From positions 2,579-66,578 of the forward strand of contig DATKWU010000017.1 of NCBI GenBank assembly GCA_035529375.1: a DNA stretch of 64,000 bases, read 5' to 3'. Position 1 is the stretch's first letter. Every line of letters starts with the position of its first letter. Below are positions 29,468 to 39,604 of this stretch, piece by piece. A program made the translations under genes and the position numbers. Under the pieces are notes generated by a model. The model did no database searches and had not been told where the DNA came from. It saw only the letters and a program-made list of their open reading frames with translations. Source of the DNA: Patescibacteria group bacterium. GTDB taxonomy: Bacteria > Patescibacteriota > Microgenomatia > PFEM01 > JAHIFH01.

Positions 29468-29740
29468 CTAATCTATTCCCGCTCGTTGCTTTGCCTCTTC
29501 ATGGGACATTCCTTTGTCTCGCCAAAAATCGTACAACTGATCCAATAGCTCCGCTTCTCCTCGCTCGTATGCCTCAAGGCTTTCACCAGACAACTCCATT
29601 GACCCTGGAGGGCCGCCAGCTTCACCGGCAAATTTAACTATTCCTTCGTCGTCGATACCAATGCCACGCAAGGGAATTCGACGGACTCTTTGAGGCCGAG
29701 GGCCATGCCCTAGAGCTTGCTCAAAGTCTGGATTACTCAT
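29468..29740 (-). CDS. hypothetical protein
   Basis: ORF with GGGGTGAG SD. Confidence 0.55.
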   Translation of the reverse strand: MSNPDFEQALGHGPRPQRVRRIPLRGIGIDDEGIVKFAGEAGGPPGSMELSGESLEAYERGEAELLDQLYDFWRDKGMSHEEAKQRAGID

Positions 29741-29843
29741 AAAATCTCACCCCCAATCAAAACTGTAACTCTTAATTGTTTTAGAGAATGTTTACGCGAT
29801 TATTTTATCTTAACGTTAGTAAATAAGCAAAAGTCAATGTTCA

Positions 29844-30455
29844 TTAACTTCCTCCCAAAAACACCCTCGGATTGACTGGTATGCCAAAGACGTTGATTTG
29901 AAAGTGCAAATGCGGTCCGGTTGCCCAACCGGTGCTGTCCTCGGTGCCGATGACATCGCCTGGTTTGACTTCCTGGCCCACTTCGACCCAGATGGTCTCC
30001 AAATGGGCGTAGATGGAAGCGAGATTATCGCCGTGATCGATGATGATGTGCTTGCCAAAACCCCAAGAGATTTGACCCGCGTAAACAACGGTTCCGGGCA
30101 TGAACGGGGTGATGAGGTCGCCTTTTTTGCCTTCGGGATTGGCAATGTCAATGCCGGTATGGAAAAGCTGCCAGCGGCTCGATTCGCCGAACTCGAGGGT
30201 AATGATTCCCGTCACCGGCCAGACGAAGGGGCCTTTGATGGTTTTGTAGACGCTGCCGTCAAACGGGTTTAAGATTTGAACCTCATTGGTGACTTCATTA
30301 ATCGCCACCAATCGTTCGGAAACAAAATCCAAACCCGTCCGGGTGAGAATGATCACCCCGATAAGGGGCATCAAGATGACCAGAAGAAAAGCCAGGAGGA
30401 CATAGAAGAACTCCTTTTTAAAAGAAAAAAAGGTCATTATTAAAAAGGGATTCAT
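29844..30455 (-). CDS. M23 peptidase with N-terminal TM (T4SS-associated cell-wall hydrolase)
   Basis: HTGIDIA, YAHL, TGPHLHF. Confidence 0.9.
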   Translation of the reverse strand: MNPFLIMTFFSFKKEFFYVLLAFLLVILMPLIGVIILTRTGLDFVSERLVAINEVTNEVQILNPFDGSVYKTIKGPFVWPVTGIITLEFGESSRWQLFHTGIDIANPEGKKGDLITPFMPGTVVYAGQISWGFGKHIIIDHGDNLASIYAHLETIWVEVGQEVKPGDVIGTEDSTGWATGPHLHFQINVFGIPVNPRVFLGGS

Positions 30456-32212
30456 CGCAGGGAGTATCTTTCGGCCGGATCGGTCGTAATCAGGGGATGT
30501 TCTTTTTCCGAGGCAACCACTTTCAGGGCCACATGGTTTTGGTCGGCAATGACAATCGCCTCGCCCTTATCGCAGGTGAGCAGGAATTTCTGCTCGTATT
30601 CGCTTAGCTTGAACTCTTCGACCACTTTTTTAATGGTGGTCGTGTCCTGGCGCATTAGAATCCGCAGCGAGGCCTGGGAGGCAATCGCCTGACCGTATTC
30701 GTTGCCCAGGAAGTCGTTGGCCGCCTGGGAGATGATGTTGACACCCAGGTAGTATTTGCGCGCCCTTCTGGTCAAGCCGGCAATAAAGCGGGCGCTTTCC
30801 TCATGCTCCAAAAGAATCCAGGCCTCATCAATCACCAAGAGCCGTTTCTGGGGATTGGATTTGACCTGGTTGTAGACATAATTGGAAATGATCAGAATCA
30901 TGATTTGGCGCAGGGATTCGGGCAGGTCTTTGATATCAAAGACGATCAAGCGGTTGTCGAGCTTGATATTGGTTTGCTGGTTGAAGACATGAGCCAGCGA
31001 TCCCTTGACGTATTTCTCCAGCCGGACGCAGAGTTTTCTCTGCCGGTCTTTTTTCAAGGTTTGGTATAGGTCTTTCATCAACGGGTATCTTTGACCTTTT
31101 TTCCGGCCGTGGATTGCCCAGCCAAGGTTTTTGTAAGTTTTGACAATCGCTTTGTCAACAATCGCTTTTTCTTCCGAAGTCAAGCCTTCCACCATTAAGG
31201 AAACGATTTCCGTCAAATCCTGGATGTGCTCGACCAGGTTGTTGCCCTGGCCAAAGGAGCTGACTGAGAAGTCGAAAGGGTTGATTTTTTCCTTGGATTT
31301 GGCCGAGAGTTTGATGTAGGTGCCCTCTAAAGAGCGGGCAAGCTGCTGGTATTCCCGCTCCGGGTCAATGACGATCACTTTCGTCTTTTGAATCAGCTGG
31401 CGCAGGATTTCCACTTTGGCCGCGTAGCTTTTGCCGCAGCCGGATTGGGCAAAGACGATACTGTTGGCGTTATTGAGGCTGAAGCGGTCAATCATCACCA
31501 AGGAATTGTTGGAAAGATTGACCCCATACAAAATGCCGGTTTCCTGGACCAGTTCGGAGGAAGTAAAAGGAAAGGTTAAGGCCGTTGAGGAGCTGTCCAA
31601 ATTCCTTTTTTGGTCAAGGAGATTTTCCGCCCGGGGCAGGATGGATTGGAGGCCTTCAAGCTGCTGGAAAACCGCTGTTTTGGTGTAGAACAATCTCGTC
31701 GCCAGAACCGTCTCCGCCAGGGTGGTCAGCTTTTCCAATTCAACCAAAGAGTCGGCCGTCAGGTGGATATAGATGGAGACTTGGAAGAGCTTTTCCTGGC
31801 CCCGCAGGATTCTGTTTTTTAAATCAACCGCCGATTTTAAGGGGTCAAGCACTTCCGGGCCGATGATTTTTCCCTGCTGTTGGAGGACCCTTCGGGTTGA
31901 CTCCAATTCGGTAATCTTTCGATTAAGCTTGGGCAGGGAGATTTTCGAATCGATCTGTTCCAGGTGGTAAGCAATGTCGATGTCGTGGTTGAAATTAACC
32001 AGATTGTTCAGCCAGCCGGTAGTCGCCACGTAAGGATAACCGGAGACGAAGAGGGTCCGCAGGTATTTGCCGCCCAGATTGAGATAGTTTTGGTATTCCT
32101 TGAGGCCGTCATACGAGATTAAATCCACCTGGTCCTGTTCGCCGAACGAGAGCTCGATCGTTTTGAGACCTCGCTTTTTGTTTTTCTTAAAGTTTGGGAG
32201 TTTGAATAACAT
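30452..32212 (-). CDS. VirB4-like conjugative ATPase
   Basis: AQSGCGKS, IDPEREY, INPFD, IDEAW, RRARKY. Confidence 0.92.
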   Translation of the reverse strand: MLFKLPNFKKNKKRGLKTIELSFGEQDQVDLISYDGLKEYQNYLNLGGKYLRTLFVSGYPYVATTGWLNNLVNFNHDIDIAYHLEQIDSKISLPKLNRKITELESTRRVLQQQGKIIGPEVLDPLKSAVDLKNRILRGQEKLFQVSIYIHLTADSLVELEKLTTLAETVLATRLFYTKTAVFQQLEGLQSILPRAENLLDQKRNLDSSSTALTFPFTSSELVQETGILYGVNLSNNSLVMIDRFSLNNANSIVFAQSGCGKSYAAKVEILRQLIQKTKVIVIDPEREYQQLARSLEGTYIKLSAKSKEKINPFDFSVSSFGQGNNLVEHIQDLTEIVSLMVEGLTSEEKAIVDKAIVKTYKNLGWAIHGRKKGQRYPLMKDLYQTLKKDRQRKLCVRLEKYVKGSLAHVFNQQTNIKLDNRLIVFDIKDLPESLRQIMILIISNYVYNQVKSNPQKRLLVIDEAWILLEHEESARFIAGLTRRARKYYLGVNIISQAANDFLGNEYGQAIASQASLRILMRQDTTTIKKVVEEFKLSEYEQKFLLTCDKGEAIVIADQNHVALKVVASEKEHPLITTDPAERYSLR

Positions 32213-32810
32213 CTTTGTTTTTAGATAAAAGCTGATAGGTTTTTTCTTTGATGGGCTGGGTTTTACAGACCCCGGGATTGTAAAAACTGTAAAAAAGCTC
32301 GAGAATTTCCAGGGTGTTGAGGCTTCTGGTTTTCATCCCCAGCCGCTCCAAGCCTTTGCTGATAATGTCCAGGCTGAGATTGATTTGTTCTTTAACCAAA
32401 TTGAAGTCGTTTTTTTCCGGTTCCGGCTCGTAGGGAATCACCAGGTAGAAGCGCCGGGAAAGGATTTTACTGCCCTTGACTAATTGCTTGACAAACTGGC
32501 CATAGTGCTTGATCTGCTGGCGGTAAAGCTTGTTGGTTTCGTGATTGTTTTTGTTGTTGAAAACCTCAAGATAGTTGTCAATCTCCACTTCGCGGACCCG
32601 AATCAAAATCTGGATGGGGCAAGGCAGGGCGTTGATGAAATTTTGGAAATTGTCAATCAAGGCGTCTTGCTCGGCCTCGCTTTTGAGCTCAAAGTTAATC
32701 GCCGAGGTTTCGACCACCACCCGATATTTATTTTCCGGCAGAACCAAAATCCCGTCTCGGACTTCCTTGATTTTAATCTGTCTCCGGGAAGAGACTTTAT
32801 TGTTTAAAAG
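32187..32810 (-). CDS. VirB4-associated TraC/PrgI-partner protein
   Basis: INFELKSEAEQD, SRRFYLVIP, ELFYSFYNP; start uncertain (frame appears open upstream of 32747). Confidence 0.7.
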   Translation of the reverse strand, partial: LLNNKVSSRRQIKIKEVRDGILVLPENKYRVVVETSAINFELKSEAEQDALIDNFQNFINALPCPIQILIRVREVEIDNYLEVFNNKNNHETNKLYRQQIKHYGQFVKQLVKGSKILSRRFYLVIPYEPEPEKNDFNLVKEQINLSLDIISKGLERLGMKTRSLNTLEILELFYSFYNPGVCKTQPIKEKTYQLLSKNKDVIQTPKL

Positions 32811-33304
32811 CGGTTTAATCTGAGCCTCCTTTTTTGACCGAACTTAATTAACATTTCGGTATTCCTGGCGTTAATCAGGTTTTCCAATTGAATCAAATTC
32901 AAAACTGATAAATGATTCTTTTTTTCTTTTTTGGCTGGGATTTGTTTATTGTTGACGGCGTTTTTGACTTCATTGTCCGGCTGGGGTTCTTCCTCCCGCA
33001 GATAATCATCGTTCTTGTCGAAGACAAAGAGATGGGGTCTCAAATAGTAAGCGACCAGTAAAATCAGCCAGTTTAAGACAATTCGTTCCTTGACCCTGAT
33101 GGCCAGGGTGAGGAAGATAACCAGGGAAAGAGCGATAAGAATAATCTTGTAAGGATTAAAGTACATCCTCTCCGGCAGAACGGCAAAAACAAAGACGCTG
33201 ATAAAAAGTGGGGCCAAAAGCAGGATTAGCTGGGTCAGGCTCAGGTTGGCGGCGATTTTATCCTCAACCGTGGTCACTTGAGCCGGGATGGGGGTCGTTT
33301 TCAT
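32804..33304 (-). CDS. PrgI-family membrane protein
   Basis: IPAQVTTVEDKIAANLSLTQL plus two TMs. Confidence 0.8.
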   Translation of the reverse strand: MKTTPIPAQVTTVEDKIAANLSLTQLILLLAPLFISVFVFAVLPERMYFNPYKIILIALSLVIFLTLAIRVKERIVLNWLILLVAYYLRPHLFVFDKNDDYLREEEPQPDNEVKNAVNNKQIPAKKEKKNHLSVLNLIQLENLINARNTEMLIKFGQKRRLRLNRF

Positions 33305-34587
33305 GCGTTGACCACCTTTCTGGGCGTTTTAACTTGGGCTTCGCCGAGGACGGTCTCTTCGGTTTGTTTGGCCTGGAGAACATTGACAATCTGGCCGCCG
33401 ACTTTTTTAAGGACCGCCCGGCCGGTGTTGTAAAAAACCAGCTGGTAAACGACGGATTGGGTTTTGATTAAGGTAAACATCAGGCCAATACCGATTAAGA
33501 CCGCCATCAGGCCCGAGCCTTCCGATTCGCCTGGCAGGGTCAAAAAAGAGGCTGCCAGTTGGATGATCACCACATGGATAAAAACGGAAAAGATGGTGGT
33601 GAGATAGCTTTTAATGGCGATTTCGGAAAAATCAGCCAGTCTGGGAATCGCCCAGAGCATAAAGATTAAAGGCGAAAGGACCGCCCCCAGGGCAATGATA
33701 ATTAGTCGACTGATGTAAAAAAGGAGCAAAACAACGGTGGTGATAATGAAAAGAACGCCGAAAACCAGGGTGATTACCAAGACGCTTTCTAGGGTCATTA
33801 CCGGTGGGTTAAAGGCGTTTTCAATCCAGGCCTGGTTCAAGCCGCCGGTGGCATTGAGAACGGCCGAGACCAGGGCGTTGTTGCAGCGCAGCACCCAGTC
33901 CACCATGAAGATGGAGACATTGGCCAAGAGGAAAGCTAGAAGAATTCGAGGGAGCAGTTTTTTCAGTTCCACCTCTTCAAAACCGAAAGTGGTGGCGCTC
34001 ATGAGCTGAAAGCCGAGCAGGATAATTACCAGGACAAAGAGCGAATCGGTGATCCCCAAAATTATCAGCCAAAAGTTAAAAATGGAATGATTGGTCGCCA
34101 CTAAAGGAGTGGTGGTTAAAAAAGAAATGACGCTGTCGGTCAAGGGCTTGGTGGCGCTCTGGATGATATTCTTCAAAAAGCCGGCAATCGCCTCGGTCAA
34201 AACCTGGGTCAGGCCGTCTTCGGGCTCGACCGTTTCCAGAGGCGCCAGTTCGATTTGACTGGTCTCGGTGCCCGGTGAAGGCGTGGTGAAGGAAGTCGTC
34301 AGGATTGAAGAAAAAGTACTGGCCGAGAGAATTAAAACCAAACCAATGAGGGCATTCCTAATGGTTATTTTAGCGTCTTCTAAGGCTTCCGGATTGCCGC
34401 TGGAGGTGAGATACAGATAAGCGCCGCGGATTAAGAAAAAAAGGACAAAAACCGAAGCCAGGATGGAAAGGTTGGCGATCAGGTCGCTGGTAAAAGACTG
34501 GATTTCAGGATACTGGTCAAGAGCCAAGGCCAAAGGAGGATTGAGAAGGAAGATTAAGGCAGTCAATAAAACTGCTAGGACAACCAT
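33301..34587 (-). CDS. VirB6/TrbL-like membrane protein with N-terminal pilin-like domain
   Basis: YLTSSGNPEALEDAK matches neighbouring pilin; multi-TM, LSPLIF. Confidence 0.75.
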   Translation of the reverse strand: MVVLAVLLTALIFLLNPPLALALDQYPEIQSFTSDLIANLSILASVFVLFFLIRGAYLYLTSSGNPEALEDAKITIRNALIGLVLILSASTFSSILTTSFTTPSPGTETSQIELAPLETVEPEDGLTQVLTEAIAGFLKNIIQSATKPLTDSVISFLTTTPLVATNHSIFNFWLIILGITDSLFVLVIILLGFQLMSATTFGFEEVELKKLLPRILLAFLLANVSIFMVDWVLRCNNALVSAVLNATGGLNQAWIENAFNPPVMTLESVLVITLVFGVLFIITTVVLLLFYISRLIIIALGAVLSPLIFMLWAIPRLADFSEIAIKSYLTTIFSVFIHVVIIQLAASFLTLPGESEGSGLMAVLIGIGLMFTLIKTQSVVYQLVFYNTGRAVLKKVGGQIVNVLQAKQTEETVLGEAQVKTPRKVVNA

Positions 34588-34604
34588 TGTTTTTAACTGT
34601 TAAT

Positions 34605-34934
34605 TTATTGACCAAAGGCGCTTTGCGCCGTCTGGGTGACAATATTAACCAGAACATAAGCTCCCAAGGTAACGGCCAAGCCGATCGCCGAATAAAAAAT
34701 CGTCTTTTTTGATTTTTCCAAATTCTCAGGGTTACCGGTGCTGGTAATGTAACCGACCCCGCCCCAGACAAAGAAAAGAGCGGCCAGGATCCCGGCCAGA
34801 GTGACCAAGATTTCGATAATGTTGGTCATGAAATTTTGGACTTTGGAAACGTCGTCAGCTTGGGCCTGAACTTGGGAAGCAAAAATTAAAGCAGTTAAAA
34901 CGAAAGATTGCAGCGTCAACAAGATTCTCATCAC
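34605..34934 (-). CDS. TrbC/VirB2-like pilin
   Basis: signal peptide, GYITSTGNPENLEKSKKTI, two TMs; SD aaaggaggtga. Confidence 0.82.
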   Translation of the reverse strand: MMRILLTLQSFVLTALIFASQVQAQADDVSKVQNFMTNIIEILVTLAGILAALFFVWGGVGYITSTGNPENLEKSKKTIFYSAIGLAVTLGAYVLVNIVTQTAQSAFGQ

Positions 34935-34965
34935 TCACCTCCTTTACTAATAGGCAGGCGATAAA

Positions 34966-35044
34966 TAAAAAAACTGCCCTCTCGGGCAGCCAAACGCTGA
35001 ACTCTAACTATTTAGCTTATAGCAAATTGTAAAGTAAAAGTCAA
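34966..35044 (-). promoter_or_regulatory. tra operon promoter with leader terminator
   Basis: TTGACT-N17-TATAAG then ctgccc-gaga-gggcag ttttttt before pilin. Confidence 0.55.
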
Positions 35045-35105
35045 ATTTCACTCCAATTGAGTAAAAAACTCTTTTGGGGTAAAATACGAAGTATGAGGGG
35101 CTTTT

Positions 35106-35936
35106 ATGCCAGCAAGTACTGATCTCGTTAGCCGGGCTTTTGACCTGAAAGTTCGCTATTTGGTTAAACCTCTTCCCGAATATTTGGCCGATTTAGAGTC
35201 GGTTTTAACTAAAATTAAGTCGATCTATCCGGCCACTTATCAACTACATTTTAAAAGAATCAATATTGGCGCCCAACAGACCGCTGACTACCTCAATGAG
35301 AAAATTATTCGAGAGAAAAAAGTAAAAACCGTAGATTATGTTGGCGAAATTAATAAAGGCGTTAATGATATTGACTTGGTTATCAATTTTATTAGCGGTA
35401 AGAGATTTGATGTTTCCTTAAAATTCTATAAAAAGAAAGGGCGTGTTAATTACTGGAATCCCACCCTGGATAGTTTATTAAAACATTTAACAGATAAAAA
35501 ATTTAGGGAATATTTGGACGATCGAAAATTAAAAAAGTACCTTCAGGAAATGGCTAATCTTAAGGATATTAGTTTAGCCTCAAAAAAAATTACCCCTTAT
35601 TGGGTAGCGGAAGCGGTTAATATTTTAACTGCTTTTTCCCAAAAAAACCAGAAAGTTTTTAGAAATAGATTGGCGGAAAAATTAGGCTATATCAATTTAA
35701 GCCTTACTTGTATCGTTGATGAGAACGGAGTTTTTAAAGAACTAATTGATGTGCATCCTCTACTAATTGAGAAGCTGATTAAAGGAAAGGGAAAGTTGAA
35801 AATCAAAGCTCACGGAATCGCAATAAGAATTTTCCTGGATGACCAACTCCTGACCGATTTGGCTGTTTACGCGCAATCTGCCTCTGGTGGGAGAACTGGA
35901 GGCCTGAGGATCGCCGCTTGGACGCCCCACTCCTAA
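35106..35936 (+). CDS. putative PD-(D/E)xK type II restriction endonuclease
   Basis: DIDLVI...FDVSLK motif; convergent with MTase. Confidence 0.55.
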   Translation: MPASTDLVSRAFDLKVRYLVKPLPEYLADLESVLTKIKSIYPATYQLHFKRINIGAQQTADYLNEKIIREKKVKTVDYVGEINKGVNDIDLVINFISGKRFDVSLKFYKKKGRVNYWNPTLDSLLKHLTDKKFREYLDDRKLKKYLQEMANLKDISLASKKITPYWVAEAVNILTAFSQKNQKVFRNRLAEKLGYINLSLTCIVDENGVFKELIDVHPLLIEKLIKGKGKLKIKAHGIAIRIFLDDQLLTDLAVYAQSASGGRTGGLRIAAWTPHS

Positions 35937-37750
35937 CGAAGATCAATTGGAAATAAATTCTCAAGTTCAGTTTTGGAAATTTGAGTGTTACCTGTGATAT
36001 ATTGAATGACTTTTAATTTGTCTTTCGATCTTAGCTGCTTGACGAGATTTTCAGTGGAGATTTTAGTTTTGTTCGGGAGAAAGATTACGTTGACGTGATT
36101 TTCACCAATAAATTTCATATTTGGAGGAACAACTGCCACTTTTAGCTTAGCTGAATTAACTGCGCCAGTGATTCTGTTAACGACAATCGCAGGCCCGGTA
36201 TCATAATTCTTTGTTTTGATGTATTGGGGTTTTTTAGGATTGTTTGTTAACCTTAAGCCCTTTGAAGTAATGTTATGAGCCCAGATTAGGGGAATTCCCT
36301 TTTTAGAATCTTTAGTTAGTAAATTTTTATTTTGATTCCAAACCAATCTTCCTGTTTTAACTTGAAAACCTAAGTTAGACAATGTTGTTTTTCCTTGAAA
36401 AGATTTCTTAAGATAAGCCGGATTTTCTGTAAAAATTGTAATGCCGTTTTTTTTGAAAATGTAATTGCCTTTGTTTTCCCCCTTTTTTAACACAAGCAAC
36501 ATTGTTGTTTGAAGAGCTTGATGAAATAGTTTTGGGCTATTTAAGATTGAGAGATACTCTATGTTTGAATGTTTAATAATATATTTTCTTAGGTCAGCAA
36601 AATAAGCCCCATTATTCATTGAAGGTGGAAGCACGAAAGCTAAATAACCTCCAGGCCTTAATAAATCTAGGCTAAGTTTGATAAAAAAGGCAAATATATT
36701 GGGTCGGCCACTGACGACTTCCTGGTATTTCTTTTTAATCATATTTTCAGGTTTGAATTCAAAATAAGGAGGATTACCGATTATAAAGTCAAACTTTTCT
36801 TTTGTTGTGTGCTTTAAGCTATCAACAGTCTCAAGATTTGCCCGGGGAACAACGACGCGAGCTCTTTTAATTAATTCTTCTTCGATATCCCAACCAAATA
36901 AAGAAGGGTTTTTAAAATATTTACTGGCTGTTAATAAAAATTCTCCAGTACCGCAGGCTGGGTCCAAAATTTTAAGACCCTTTTTATTTTTGGGCAATTT
37001 TTTAAATAGTTTTTCCCTTATTGAGCGGGGAGTAAAATATTGTCCCTTAGTTTTCCTATATTCACGATTTGTATTTTGAATATACTGGATTGTCAGTTCA
37101 TGGAATTCTTCTCTTAACCTGGAAAGAGAAAAGCCATTTGTTACTGATAAGTCAGTGGATTTTCTTATTAGACCACAGAATTTTCCTCTAATCTCTAGCT
37201 TTTTAGGAGAATATTTTTTGAATTTTTTGCTCCGAGGCTCCAAGAAAATTTTACCACCGCTTTTTCTAAAAATTTTCAGCGTGGCGCCTTTTTCCGTAAT
37301 AGCAACTACAGTATCCCCGGATTCAGCGGTTATTTGATGCCTAATAAGCACGATGTCGTTATCAATTATACCCATGTCAAACATGCTGTCTCCAACGACC
37401 TTTAAGGCGTAGTGAGGAAAGCGAGTATCAAGTTTGATATTTTGAGGAATTTCTATGTCTTCTGGATTTTCGATAGGTTCTATTGGTTTACCAGCGGCGA
37501 TATTTCCCAACAAAGGAATTGTTTTGGTTTTATTAGTGGGTATGATGCCGCGGTTTTTATAAGGAGCTCTTTTCAAGTAATCTTTTTTCTCTAGTTCCTC
37601 GACAAAATACTGGGCAGTGCTGAGGTTAGTAGCGCCGAGGAATTTGGCGATTTCCTTTAGCGAGGGAGAATATCCGTTTTTAGCGATAAACGAGGTGATG
37701 AAGTCGAGCGTTTTCTTTTGCTTTTTGGTTAAAGGTTTTAGCTCTTGCAT
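35933..37750 (-). CDS. LexA repressor fused to N6-adenine DNA methyltransferase (TaqI/Eco57I-like)
   Basis: LexA HTH, IAAG cleavage site, GDSM, ATLK; GQYFTP, LDPACGTG, GNPPY. Confidence 0.9.
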   Translation of the reverse strand: MQELKPLTKKQKKTLDFITSFIAKNGYSPSLKEIAKFLGATNLSTAQYFVEELEKKDYLKRAPYKNRGIIPTNKTKTIPLLGNIAAGKPIEPIENPEDIEIPQNIKLDTRFPHYALKVVGDSMFDMGIIDNDIVLIRHQITAESGDTVVAITEKGATLKIFRKSGGKIFLEPRSKKFKKYSPKKLEIRGKFCGLIRKSTDLSVTNGFSLSRLREEFHELTIQYIQNTNREYRKTKGQYFTPRSIREKLFKKLPKNKKGLKILDPACGTGEFLLTASKYFKNPSLFGWDIEEELIKRARVVVPRANLETVDSLKHTTKEKFDFIIGNPPYFEFKPENMIKKKYQEVVSGRPNIFAFFIKLSLDLLRPGGYLAFVLPPSMNNGAYFADLRKYIIKHSNIEYLSILNSPKLFHQALQTTMLLVLKKGENKGNYIFKKNGITIFTENPAYLKKSFQGKTTLSNLGFQVKTGRLVWNQNKNLLTKDSKKGIPLIWAHNITSKGLRLTNNPKKPQYIKTKNYDTGPAIVVNRITGAVNSAKLKVAVVPPNMKFIGENHVNVIFLPNKTKISTENLVKQLRSKDKLKVIQYITGNTQISKTELENLFPIDLR

Positions 37751-37816
37751 CTACAGTAAGTTTATGATAGATTTACAGTATTGTCAAGTAGGACATAATT
37801 GAAGATAAAAATTAAA

Positions 37817-39604
37817 ATGAAAGAGGCAGAATACGACAAACTAATTTCCCAGTTGGAAGCGGAAGCATCATCCGTTAAATACGATTTTCAGATTGCTGAC
37901 GCGATCAATAAGATTATTGAGGAGCAAAAAGGCAAGCTAACCCCCAGGCAGGAACAGCAACTAAAATGGGAATACTTGCTATTTAGGCTTATGACCAAGA
38001 ATAGTTTTGCGTCCGATGGACTGAAAACTGAGCGGTTCAAGCCAATGGCAACATTTACAGATGGCTCGATCTTTCCTGACCCAGACGGGTTTCCTGATAC
38101 AGCACTTGGTTATTTTGAATCAAGAACGGTTTCTTCTACTAACCCCATCCTCAAAGCTAGATATTTGGACTTTCTGTGGGAAAAATCCAAATCAAAAAAT
38201 AAACACCTTTTTGCCCGCGAGTCTATCGATCAATATCTGTTAACTGTTGATGAGTATGACAACGAAGATGCCATTATGGAAAGGCTGGACGGACTTCAGA
38301 GAGCAACTGAACTCTGTCTAATTTTTGAGTCTAAACTTCCCAAGAGGCCCCTCACTAAGAAGGTAGTAGCCAAACTTGTTGAGCAAATTGATAAAACTGC
38401 TCAGACAGGTAATTATCGCTGGTTGATAGAGATGTTTGAGTTAGTGCTAGCGTTGCCGTCTTTCTTTTCCCAGAAGCAAATAAAAGATTACATTGCTTTA
38501 TGCAAGGCTGCTGCCGCTCACTACCATTCTGACCAAAACTTTCATCTTCAGCGTAGCTTCCTCGATCTTAAAGCAGAGATGACCAAATTGCTTAAAATCT
38601 CAGTAGTTAAACAAAAAGCGATTCAAGAGGAAATTGGGCAGTCCTTTATCGACGAAGCAGAGGCAAAGTCTGCGAGCGGTTTGGTTAAAATACACTTCCT
38701 CCAGGAGGCAATCCAGCATTACTCTAAACTTGGAAACAAACAAAAAGTCAATGAACTAATTGCTGAAGTAAAGGCTGCTACTAAACAGGCAATCGATAAT
38801 AAGGAATTTAAGGAACTTTCTTCTACCATCAAAATTGACTCAAAGGTTATCGAAAAAATGAAAGCTAGTCTTGGTACGGGCGAAGAAGTGCCAGAAAGAA
38901 TGGGAACACTTCCTACTTTTTTTCCCAACTGGGATCACGCAGTTAAGCTAACAGCAAAGCTCAGTAAAAAATATGTTTTTCAGCATTTGGTTGGAACGGT
39001 TCATTATGGCAGCCGATATCCTATTAGCCGTCCGCAGACTCCAGAGGAGGTACAAGAAGACCATGTTATGCAGAATTTCAAAATAGAAGCAGAACTTGCT
39101 TTAAAATGGCTTACTGGATTTCTTGCGGAATTGATAAAAGAAGGCAAAGTCTCGTTAACAGACTTCCAGAAATTTTTTTCTAAACTTCAAGTCGTTGATA
39201 AAGATACCTACGAGACGGTGTTGGTGGGTCTCGATTCTTATTTTAAGGGCGACCACTTCCATGCTGCCTATGTTCTTACATTGCAACTAGAGGATTTTTT
39301 AAGATACTTATTGGCTGTTTTTGGAGGTCAAACAACAGTTCCCGAAGCGGGTGCATTTAGAGAGAAAACTCTCGGCTCTGTGCTTGTGGAGCTAAAGCCT
39401 TATTTTTCAGATCTAGTTTATCATTACATCTCTTGGGTGACGGAAGATTATCGGGGATTTAATTTGCGCAATAACATTGCCCACGGGTTCTTTAAGAAAA
39501 AACATGCTAATCCGATTTACTCAACGGCTATATTACACATTTTCTGTCTCCTGATAGCCAATACCAAAATCTCAGTTAAGGAGCAAAAAAAAGATGAAAA
39601 ATGA
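37817..39604 (+). CDS. DUF4209-like protein with C-terminal HEPN-type motif
   Basis: QLEDFLR, GFNLRNNIAHG. Confidence 0.7.
   Translation: MKEAEYDKLISQLEAEASSVKYDFQIADAINKIIEEQKGKLTPRQEQQLKWEYLLFRLMTKNSFASDGLKTERFKPMATFTDGSIFPDPDGFPDTALGYFESRTVSSTNPILKARYLDFLWEKSKSKNKHLFARESIDQYLLTVDEYDNEDAIMERLDGLQRATELCLIFESKLPKRPLTKKVVAKLVEQIDKTAQTGNYRWLIEMFELVLALPSFFSQKQIKDYIALCKAAAAHYHSDQNFHLQRSFLDLKAEMTKLLKISVVKQKAIQEEIGQSFIDEAEAKSASGLVKIHFLQEAIQHYSKLGNKQKVNELIAEVKAATKQAIDNKEFKELSSTIKIDSKVIEKMKASLGTGEEVPERMGTLPTFFPNWDHAVKLTAKLSKKYVFQHLVGTVHYGSRYPISRPQTPEEVQEDHVMQNFKIEAELALKWLTGFLAELIKEGKVSLTDFQKFFSKLQVVDKDTYETVLVGLDSYFKGDHFHAAYVLTLQLEDFLRYLLAVFGGQTTVPEAGAFREKTLGSVLVELKPYFSDLVYHYISWVTEDYRGFNLRNNIAHGFFKKKHANPIYSTAILHIFCLLIANTKISVKEQKKDEK

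Noticed and set aside
29834-34771. Many overlapping antisense/alternate-frame ORFs in the T4SS operon
   Set aside because: Shadow ORFs expected in GC-richer coding DNA; no motifs or start signals.
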